This document shows, piece by piece, positions 56,834 to 64,000 of a stretch of DNA of 64,000 nucleotides. Both the position numbers and the translations under genes were made by a program. The DNA comes from Clostridia bacterium (GTDB lineage: Bacteria > Bacillota > Clostridia > UMGS1840). A model generated the notes under the pieces. That model saw only the letters and a program-made list of their open reading frames with translations. It ran no database searches and was not told the DNA's origin. Location of the stretch: assembly GCA_017625695.1 (NCBI GenBank), contig JAGAKI010000008.1:16331-80330 (forward strand). The letters run 5' to 3'. The number at the start of each line of letters is the position of its first letter. Within the stretch, counting starts at the first letter, position 1.

Positions 56834-57859
56834 ATGGACGACGGGCACTCTAGGCAGTTTGATACCGTGTTATTTGATTTAGACGGTGTGATAACCAGTG
56901 AATATGCCTATTGGAAAGCGGCAGCTTTAACCGTGTATGAATATTTTCACGATGACCTGGAATTAAACAGCGAATACTGCTACGAAAACGCAGATGCAAT
57001 TACCGATCAGGTATTTTCTTATCAGGAAACGATCGTGACCATGAAATCTCTGGGAATCAACTCCAACTGGGATTTGGCATATGCGGTGGTACTGGTGACT
57101 GACATTTTAAAAAGTGAAGGTTTGGAAGAGGAAGATGATGTTTTCTCCCGTGTACCCGAATTTTTGACTGAAAAAAATGTATTGGCACCGGAATTGTTAA
57201 CAGTGCTGGCGCAGGAATACGAAGAAATTTTCAACTATCCGGAAGGATATGCCGAAAGAGGAAAAGCATTCTATCAGGAAATTATCCGTAAATTTCAGCA
57301 TTGGTATCTGGGGGATACCGGCTATCAGAAACAGTATCAAGAAACTGCACCAACCGTAAAAGGGGATAGTGGGCTTCTGGATTCGGAAGAACCTTTGTTG
57401 GGGTTATCCGAAACGAAAGCAATGCTCGAAACGTTGAAGCAGCGTGGCTACCATTTGGGAATCGGTAGCGGAAGACCGAAAGTGGAGCTGGAACGTCCTT
57501 TATCCAACTGGGGGGTATTATCCTTATTTGATTCTCACAGAATCGTGAGCTATGACGACGTGTTGCTCTGGCAGGACAAGGCGGAAGAAAGCCTGGTAAA
57601 ACCCCATCCGTTCCAGTTTGTGAAAGGGGCAGTGGGACAGGAATTTACTATGGAACATCTCTGCAATTTTCCTGATTGTAGCCGTGTGCTGGTAGTTGGG
57701 GATGCCCTTTGCGATTTATTGGCGGCACACGCAGCAGGTTGTAAATTTTGTGCGGTTCTGACCGGCGTAGACGGAAAGGATGCTCGTTTGTTTTTTGAAA
57801 ATATGGGCGCAGATTATATTTTGGAGGATGCAACCCATCTTCCCGAAATATTAGTATAA
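56834..57859 (+). CDS. HAD-superfamily hydrolase with a large cap insertion (341 aa)
   Basis: Motif I VLFDLDGVITSE, motif II IGSGRP, motif III KPHP, motif IV VVGDALCDLLAA. About 170 aa separate motifs I and II. Confidence 0.8.
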   Translation: MDDGHSRQFDTVLFDLDGVITSEYAYWKAAALTVYEYFHDDLELNSEYCYENADAITDQVFSYQETIVTMKSLGINSNWDLAYAVVLVTDILKSEGLEEEDDVFSRVPEFLTEKNVLAPELLTVLAQEYEEIFNYPEGYAERGKAFYQEIIRKFQHWYLGDTGYQKQYQETAPTVKGDSGLLDSEEPLLGLSETKAMLETLKQRGYHLGIGSGRPKVELERPLSNWGVLSLFDSHRIVSYDDVLLWQDKAEESLVKPHPFQFVKGAVGQEFTMEHLCNFPDCSRVLVVGDALCDLLAAHAAGCKFCAVLTGVDGKDARLFFENMGADYILEDATHLPEILV

Positions 57860-57903
57860 TTATGTAAAATATGCAAAAAGTTTAAAGGAAAGTGAAAGAG
57901 ACG

Positions 57904-58428
57904 ATGGAAATTAAAATTCATACTTCTGAAGTTGAAAAAATCAAAAACTTAAAAGCAGGGGATCTGGTTTTGCTCTCCGGCGTAATTTACACTGCCAGAG
58001 ATGCTGCACATAAACGTCTGACCGAAGCGTTGGAACGTGGCGAAGAATTACCGATCAACATCAAAAATGCAATTATTTATTATGCCGGTCCTACTCCTCC
58101 GAAACCGGGTGAAGTGATTGGTTCCTGCGGACCTACCACCAGCTATCGTATGGATAAGTATGCTCCCACTTTGTTGGATGAAGGTCAGTTGGGTATGATT
58201 GGAAAAGGACTGAGAAATCAGGATGTGATTGATGCAATCAAACGTAACGAAGGCATTTATTTTGCTGCATTGGGTGGTGCAGGTGCACTGATTTCCAAAG
58301 CTGTAAAAGAAGCTGAAATTGTTTGCTATGAAGATTTGGGGGCAGAAGCAATCCGTAAGCTTACAGTAGAAGATTTGGCATTAACCGTAGTAATCGATAA
58401 GGACGGTAATAATTTGTATGTCAGATAG
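57904..58428 (+). CDS. Fe-S hydro-lyase beta subunit (FumA C-terminal/TtdB family)
   Basis: LKAGDLVLLSGVIYTARDAAHKR, IYYAGPTP and GPTTSYRMD are typical of class I fumarase/tartrate dehydratase beta domains. The start (ATG 57904 versus GTG 57892) is uncertain. Confidence 0.75.
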   Translation: MEIKIHTSEVEKIKNLKAGDLVLLSGVIYTARDAAHKRLTEALERGEELPINIKNAIIYYAGPTPPKPGEVIGSCGPTTSYRMDKYAPTLLDEGQLGMIGKGLRNQDVIDAIKRNEGIYFAALGGAGALISKAVKEAEIVCYEDLGAEAIRKLTVEDLALTVVIDKDGNNLYVR

Positions 58429-59122
58429 TCAGAACCAGTCAAACCATCGTCATGATGGACATCGGCAAAGACTGCGCTCCAAGTTATTGTCAGCACAGTT
58501 TGATTATTTATGTCCTCATGAGTTGATGGAACTTCTGACTTTTTATTCCATTCCACGAAAAGATACCAACGAACTGGCACACGAAATTTTAGCATATTAC
58601 GGCAATCATTTTTCTGCTGTATTTGAAGCAGAACCGGGGGATTTGCAGAAGATTCCCGGTGTTGGTGAAAATACAGCGGCGCTGATTACGCTGGTAAAAT
58701 GTATTATGCGGGAAATTGAAACTGAGCGGCTTCGGGAAACCACGGTGTTAAAGACAGCGGAGGAGATTGCAGATTATGCGATTCGTTTATTTTCCGGTCA
58801 TCAGAAAGAGGTTTTTTATCTTATTTTGTTGAATAATTCCGGTAAAGTAATTGCGTATGAGAAAGTCTTTGACGGCTCGGTTAGTGAAATTACGGTGGAA
58901 CCCAGGAAAATTGTGGAATATGCACTCAAATATCCGAAAACCAAACGGGTGATTCTGGCACATAATCATCCCAGCGGTAATATCAATCCCAGCGGTTCAG
59001 ATATTGATACCACTCGCTTGATTACCCGTGCTTTAAATACCGTTGATATCCGTGTGGAAGATCACGTGATTGTTGCAGGACGCCGGTGCTACAGCTTCTT
59101 AGAACACGAGCTTTTATATTAA
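58418..59122 (+). CDS. radC: RadC-family JAB/MPN-domain protein
   Basis: An N-terminal HhH (LQKIPGVGENTAALI) and the JAMM motif (ILAHNHPSGNINPSGSD). Confidence 0.85.
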   Translation: MSDSQNQSNHRHDGHRQRLRSKLLSAQFDYLCPHELMELLTFYSIPRKDTNELAHEILAYYGNHFSAVFEAEPGDLQKIPGVGENTAALITLVKCIMREIETERLRETTVLKTAEEIADYAIRLFSGHQKEVFYLILLNNSGKVIAYEKVFDGSVSEITVEPRKIVEYALKYPKTKRVILAHNHPSGNINPSGSDIDTTRLITRALNTVDIRVEDHVIVAGRRCYSFLEHELLY

Positions 59123-60189
59123 GGTGAGTGCCGGGAGCCTTTTTTGCTGTAGAAAAAAAGTATGATAGGAAGCCCGGTGGTCAAAGGAAGCAATGCAAAC
59201 GTGACTGCCGGATACAGAGTTTCTGTATTCACTGTGTTTTTTAAGATAAACCATATAACAGCAATGAAAATAACAGCTGCACAAGCTGTTATTTTTTTTG
59301 TCTTTTGTTTCATTGGAAATAAATTTCCAATGGATTTCTGACACACAAAAAGACAGACAGCACTGTAGAGAATATCGCAAAAACTATAGGAAAAGGTAAT
59401 GAGCGTTTCTGCTTTTTCGATGATAGTTCCTACCTGAATCACCGATGCGGCCGTAAATGTCGGGAATCGGGAGATTCCCATCAGTGCTTCTCCCAGAACC
59501 GAAAGGTTCAAAAGATATACCAAAGAAAAAATTATGGTCACAACTGCCCCTGAAGAAACTGCAATTTTAGTAATACTTTTTGGGGATTCCAGACAGTCGG
59601 TCAAAAGATAAAGAAATACCATTTCCGAAAAAGGTCCGAAAAACAGACCGGTTCCTTGTTTCAGTACAGACAATGCGGAAATTTCGGTTTTGATATTTTG
59701 TATATTCCATTGTCGGATGCTATAAAAACATAAACTGACAATGGCAAACAAAACAATGGGCAACACGATTTCAGAGTATCGTCCCATTGCCTTTTCCCGA
59801 CTGAGGCACAGGTATAATACCAATAGCAAAACAAAGAAAAGACAAGGAACAATCGGCGTTTTCTGATAAGTGCTGAATGTAATAAAATCTGTATAATTAC
59901 AAATGCTGAATAACGCTGACAAAAAGGCGGATGTTGCGATGACAGCAAAAACTACTTTCTGCCATCTGAGACTAAAATATCGTTTTATAATCGTAAACAA
60001 GCCCTGATATCTGTTCCGTTTTAAGATGATATGATAGATGGCTACAAACAGCAGGAAAATTCCGTAGCTTACCAATACAGCCAGATAGCCGGTTTTTGGT
60101 CCCTGACTGAATCCGCCGATTCCAGACAGAACATTTCCCAATAAAAAGGCTGTCATCAGACAAAAAAACTGTTGATTGGTCAGTTTCAT
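59119..60189 (-). CDS. spore germination receptor B subunit (GerAB/APC-permease-like)
   Basis: A 10-TM permease-like protein that is last in a gerA-type operon. ATG at 60189 follows AAGGAGGTGA. The ORF-track GTG at 60198 abuts the RBS. Confidence 0.75.
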   Translation of the reverse strand: MKLTNQQFFCLMTAFLLGNVLSGIGGFSQGPKTGYLAVLVSYGIFLLFVAIYHIILKRNRYQGLFTIIKRYFSLRWQKVVFAVIATSAFLSALFSICNYTDFITFSTYQKTPIVPCLFFVLLLVLYLCLSREKAMGRYSEIVLPIVLFAIVSLCFYSIRQWNIQNIKTEISALSVLKQGTGLFFGPFSEMVFLYLLTDCLESPKSITKIAVSSGAVVTIIFSLVYLLNLSVLGEALMGISRFPTFTAASVIQVGTIIEKAETLITFSYSFCDILYSAVCLFVCQKSIGNLFPMKQKTKKITACAAVIFIAVIWFILKNTVNTETLYPAVTFALLPLTTGLPIILFFYSKKGSRHSP

Positions 60190-60209
60190 ACCGGTCACCT
60201 CCTTATGTT

Positions 60210-60854
60210 TTATGATATATCGTTTTGAACGGTTCTTTGATATTGGTAATTTGAAAAAACAGCGGAAGAAGAGATTGCCGGAGTAGCATCGTTTAGACTA
60301 ACCACCGGAAGAGAAAAGCTTTGATTTTCCTTTTGATATAACTGATAGAGCGAGGGGAACCCGCACAAAGTTTCCCGTTTTAGCAGAGAGGAAAGAGGGG
60401 CAAAGAAAGAACTGTCAGAATCTTCTTGTTCGGATAGGATATCGGTTTGCGTCATGCAGATTTGTATGTCGGAATTAATTTCCGGATGATTGAGAAAAAA
60501 ATCTATGGTATTTTTCAGATTGAGTGCTTGAAATCCACGCCCCAAAAGAATGACTTTGGCGTGGGAGATATACAGCTGTTTCTCTGAAATCTGATTGATT
60601 TTTTCAAACGCGTATGCAATGGTTTTTCCCTTTGCTGTTATCCGTTTTGCCGTGATATCGGATGATTTTTCATATCCGGAAAAATCTGCAATTTCCAAAC
60701 TCAGGCGGTAGCTTTGTTCCTCGGGAAAATATTCTGCAAAAAAACCGGTAACCACATTTACATTTCCAAGCTCCGGTATCGGGGAGCGGCTGCACCCTGT
60801 CAAAAGGATACAACTGAGTAAAATTACGATGCCGGGACGAAAAAAAGCCTTCAT
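60210..60854 (-). CDS. Ger(x)C-family germination lipoprotein, short form (214 aa)
   Basis: ATG at 60854 follows AGGTGAAACA. A lipobox is present (LLSCILLTGC). The sequence resembles the N-terminal part of GerAC-type proteins. The ORF-track extension to 61127 overlaps gerAA. Confidence 0.7.
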   Translation of the reverse strand: MKAFFRPGIVILLSCILLTGCSRSPIPELGNVNVVTGFFAEYFPEEQSYRLSLEIADFSGYEKSSDITAKRITAKGKTIAYAFEKINQISEKQLYISHAKVILLGRGFQALNLKNTIDFFLNHPEINSDIQICMTQTDILSEQEDSDSSFFAPLSSLLKRETLCGFPSLYQLYQKENQSFSLPVVSLNDATPAISSSAVFSNYQYQRTVQNDIS

Positions 60855-60862
60855 TGTTTCAC

Positions 60863-62302
60863 CTAATTTCCTTTGGATAGATAATCTTTTTTCTGAGTCA
60901 GAAACCGATAGGGACCACGGATATAAATATCCATCCAACTGCCTTTGCTGTGAGGCAGCATATCGTTTAAATAGCTGGTGGAGGAAACGGTAATATCCGA
61001 CAAATGAATGATGATTGCCAATGCACCTAAAATCACGCCGTAAATTCCAATTTGGGATGCTACCAATAAAATCCCTAATCGGCACAACAGCATGGCACCC
61101 CTCATTTGCGGGAGAACATTGCTGCACAGCCCGCTGATGGCAACAATGATGATAGCCGGGACTGAAATGAAATTGGCTTCCACTGCCGTTTGTCCCAAAA
61201 TCAAGGCTCCTGCAATGCTTAGAGTTTGTCCGATGACGGACGGAGTTCTGGCGGAGGCTTCCCGCAGTATTTCAAAAAATATCAGAAATACCAACAATTC
61301 CATGGCGGCAGAGAGCGGCACATTCATCCGAGCGGCACTGATGCTGTAGAGAAGCTTTTCCGGCAGAATCTCTTTTTGGAATTTTACCACTGCAAGATAC
61401 ATCGCCGGTAAAAAAATTGCAATCAAAAAGGAAAGATAACGAAGTAACCGGGAGACGGTTCCAAAATAAAAATTGATACTGTAATCATCGGAGGATTGAA
61501 AATATTCGTTGAACAAAAATGGAAGCGTGATTACCTGTGGGGTTCCGTCGGCAATGATGGCGATTCGCCCCTCTAACAGCTTATTGGCTACCACGTCCGG
61601 TCGTTCCGAAGAACCGGTTGTACGAAACGGGGAATAGGGCTTTGCTTTGATGAGTTCTGCAATCTGATTGGTATCGGTAATGGCGTCGGTATTGATTTGT
61701 TGCAGACGTTTTCTGGTTTCGCAGATTAATGTTTCATGACAGATTCCGTCAAGATATGCCATGACAACGGGCGTTTTGGTACGATTGCCCAAAGTGAAGC
61801 TTTCCAGCTTTAAGCGGTCGTTTTTTAACCGTCGCATCAGGAGGGCAGTGTTGAATAAAATCAGTTCGCAAAATCCTTCTCTGGGACCTTTTAACGATTT
61901 TTCGTTTTCCGGTTCGGAAATGCTTCGGGTAGCAGGGAATCTGGCATTCACCGCAAGGGGGGTATCATAGCCGTCCAGAAAGAAAATCACATCACCGGAA
62001 AACAGCCGTTTGATGCAATCTTCATAGTCGGTAACTACTACAATATCGTTGGATTGCAGCACGCTGTTTTTTACAAATAACAACGGATTTTTGGCATCTT
62101 GCAATGGCTGACTTCCAATAAAAGGCTTCACCACATAATCGTTAACTAAACTTGCCCCTACAAGACCGTCGGCAAAAATTGCCACTGCCTTAAGATGCGG
62201 GGCAAAACTGTTTTCTAAGTAACGGAACACCACCATACAGTTATCCTGAAAAATCTGTTTGAAATTTTCATAATTTTCCTGCAAATTCAGACTGAAATTC
62301 AT
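60863..62302 (-). CDS. spore germination receptor A subunit (GerAA family)
   Basis: A GGGAGG RBS is present. An N-terminal soluble domain (FPATRSISEPENEKSLKGPREGF) and a C-terminal 4-5 TM region are typical of GerA/GerKA proteins. Confidence 0.8.
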   Translation of the reverse strand: MNFSLNLQENYENFKQIFQDNCMVVFRYLENSFAPHLKAVAIFADGLVGASLVNDYVVKPFIGSQPLQDAKNPLLFVKNSVLQSNDIVVVTDYEDCIKRLFSGDVIFFLDGYDTPLAVNARFPATRSISEPENEKSLKGPREGFCELILFNTALLMRRLKNDRLKLESFTLGNRTKTPVVMAYLDGICHETLICETRKRLQQINTDAITDTNQIAELIKAKPYSPFRTTGSSERPDVVANKLLEGRIAIIADGTPQVITLPFLFNEYFQSSDDYSINFYFGTVSRLLRYLSFLIAIFLPAMYLAVVKFQKEILPEKLLYSISAARMNVPLSAAMELLVFLIFFEILREASARTPSVIGQTLSIAGALILGQTAVEANFISVPAIIIVAISGLCSNVLPQMRGAMLLCRLGILLVASQIGIYGVILGALAIIIHLSDITVSSTSYLNDMLPHSKGSWMDIYIRGPYRFLTQKKDYLSKGN

Positions 62303-62496
62303 AAATGAAGCCTCCCTTTTTGTTAATTTAAGAAAAAAACATAAAAAATATGCAAAAAAATAAAAAAAATTACAAAAAACTCTTCCTTTTCTGATTTTAT
62401 TATGTTATAATAAAATATCAAAATATGGATAGTTGTGTAATGCTGTCTGTCAAGATCAATTTTGTAAATGAAAAAGAATAGATATGGAGGAAAACC

Positions 62497-63888
62497 ATGC
62501 GTACAACAGAAATTAAAGAACTCTACAAAACTCACGCTTCTTTGGACCAGCAGGAAGTGTTTGTCACCGGTTGGGTAAGAACCATCCGTGATTCCAAAGC
62601 GTTTGGATTTATCGAATTAAATGATGGTACTTTTTTTAAGAACATTCAGATTGTGTTCAGTCAGGACAAGCTGGATAACTATGCAGAAATTGCAGCGTTG
62701 AATGTTGGTGCAGCGTTAAGAGTCAGAGGGATTCTGTTAGAAACCCCCGAATCGAAACAGCCTTTTGAAATTCAGGCAGAAGAAATCATTATTGAAGGTG
62801 TTTCTACTCCTGACTATCCGTTGCAGAAGAAACGTCACAGCGTAGAATATCTGCGTCAGATTGCTCATCTTCGTCCCCGTTCCAATCTGTTCTCTGCAGT
62901 ATTCCGCATCCGTTCTCTGGTTGCCTTTGCGATTCATCAGTTCTTTCATGAACGCGGTTTTGTATACGTGCATACCCCCATTATTACCGGAAGTGACTGT
63001 GAAGGAGCAGGGGAAATGTTCCGTGTTACTACCTTAGACTTGAACGAACTGCCCTTAGAAGATGGCAAAGTAGATTTCTCTGAAGACTTTTTCGGAAAAT
63101 CTACCAACTTAACCGTTTCCGGTCAGTTAAACGTAGAAACCTATGCAATGGCATTCAAAAAGGTGTATACCTTTGGTCCTACCTTCCGTGCCGAAAATTC
63201 CAACACCAGCCGTCATGCGGCAGAGTTCTGGATGATTGAACCTGAAATCGCATTCGCTGACCTGAATGACGATATGGAACTGGCAGAAGATATGTTGAAA
63301 TATATCATCCGCTACGTATTGGAAAATGCTCCCGAAGAAATGGAATTTTTCAATAATTTTGTTGACAAGACTTTACTGGAACGTTTAAACTTCGTTGCAA
63401 ATTCTGATTTTGGAAGAGTAACCTATACCGAAGCGGTCGAAATTCTGGAAAACTGCGGCGAGAAATTTGAATATCCCGTAAAATGGGGAATTGACTTACA
63501 GACCGAACACGAACGTTACTTAACTGAAACTGTATTCAAAAAACCCATTTTCGTTACCGATTATCCCAAGGATATCAAAGCGTTCTATATGCGCTTGAAC
63601 GATGACGGAAAAACCGTTGCTGCTATGGATTGTCTGGTTCCCGGAGTTGGTGAAATTATTGGCGGAAGCCAGAGAGAAGAACGTATGGATGTACTTCTGG
63701 AACGTATGAAAGAAATGGGACTGAATGAAGAAGACTATGGCTTCTACCTCGACTTAAGAAAATACGGCTCCAACAAACATGCCGGTTACGGTCTGGGCTT
63801 TGAACGTGCGATTATGTATTTGACCGGTATGTCCAATATCCGTGACGTAATTCCGTTCCCCAGAACAGTAGGAACCGCAGAATTTTAA
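62497..63888 (+). CDS. asnS: asparagine--tRNA ligase
   Basis: Class IIb aaRS: an N-terminal OB fold plus motifs [21 protein letters not shown] and [12 protein letters not shown], at typical AsnRS length. Confidence 0.9.
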   Translation: MRTTEIKELYKTHASLDQQEVFVTGWVRTIRDSKAFGFIELNDGTFFKNIQIVFSQDKLDNYAEIAALNVGAALRVRGILLETPESKQPFEIQAEEIIIEGVSTPDYPLQKKRHSVEYLRQIAHLRPRSNLFSAVFRIRSLVAFAIHQFFHERGFVYVHTPIITGSDCEGAGEMFRVTTLDLNELPLEDGKVDFSEDFFGKSTNLTVSGQLNVETYAMAFKKVYTFGPTFRAENSNTSRHAAEFWMIEPEIAFADLNDDMELAEDMLKYIIRYVLENAPEEMEFFNNFVDKTLLERLNFVANSDFGRVTYTEAVEILENCGEKFEYPVKWGIDLQTEHERYLTETVFKKPIFVTDYPKDIKAFYMRLNDDGKTVAAMDCLVPGVGEIIGGSQREERMDVLLERMKEMGLNEEDYGFYLDLRKYGSNKHAGYGLGFERAIMYLTGMSNIRDVIPFPRTVGTAEF

Positions 63889-63925
63889 TTTTTCCTGTGA
63901 AGGATACGAAAAGAGACGAAATACT

Positions 63926-64000
63926 ATGAGATTGATTCTTGGATTATTATTCATACTGCTGTTATGGTTTTTATGGAAAAAACGTTCCTTCTTTACCTAT
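63926..64000 (+). CDS. possible start of a membrane-anchored protein, 3' end cut by the window edge
   Basis: ATG at 63926 is followed by hydrophobic MRLILGLLFILLLWFLWKK. Only 25 codons are visible and the RBS is weak. Confidence 0.3.
   Translation, partial: MRLILGLLFILLLWFLWKKRSFFTY

Noticed and set aside
60855-61127. ORF-track N-terminal extension of the GerxC gene
   Set aside because: It overlaps the 3' end of gerAA. The internal ATG at 60854 has an RBS and starts a lipoprotein signal peptide.
62303-62496. Possible T-box leader upstream of asnS
   Set aside because: The spacer is under 200 nt and mostly A/T runs. I found no specifier-loop/T-box sequence and no terminator-antiterminator pair.

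Overview
This 64-kb chromosomal window looks like a spore-forming Clostridia-type Firmicute: AGGAGG-like ribosome-binding sites, SLH cell-surface proteins, a GerA-type germinant receptor and an ecfA1-ecfA2-ecfT-truA module. I see no rRNA or tRNA genes, no CRISPR array, no prophage and no recognisable defence system. The left ~40 kb is accessory and carbohydrate- or surface-oriented. It holds a 5'-truncated BNR/Asp-box propeller gene, two very large SLH/CBM-like surface proteins, and a tightly coupled oxidoreductase/EamA/GH31-like/Gfo-Idh-MocA unit. It also holds YitT, an M20 peptidase, a decayed IS3-family transposase, a copper-amine-oxidase-N-domain secreted protein, a MATE pump and DUF1015. 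The largest gene there encodes a 2,192-aa secreted protein: alkaline phosphatase, five tandem modules, then an SGNH hydrolase. Next come an AraC regulator divergent from a five-gene operon (oxidoreductase, epimerase-fold protein, fused transketolase, FucI-like isomerase, Zn-ADH), a FucU mutarotase, two ~660-aa polytopic membrane proteins and a lipoprotein. The right ~24 kb is mostly housekeeping: rlmB, tgt, ychF, parC/parE-like topoisomerase, a SAM methyltransferase, ECF, truA, cvpA-like, ligA, radC and asnS. Interspersed there are a divergent IGPD-like/HAD/hydro-lyase-beta trio and a gerA-type operon. The items most worth a second look are: (1) the giant phosphatase-esterase fusion and its repeat architecture; (2) the kinase-less, transporter-less transketolase operon; (3) the divergent IGPD-like/HAD pair; (4) the two giant membrane proteins; (5) two ORF-free promoter-to-terminator units (39.15-39.32 kb and 47.6-48.0 kb). 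All functional calls rest on motifs read by eye and family knowledge from memory. No searches were run.
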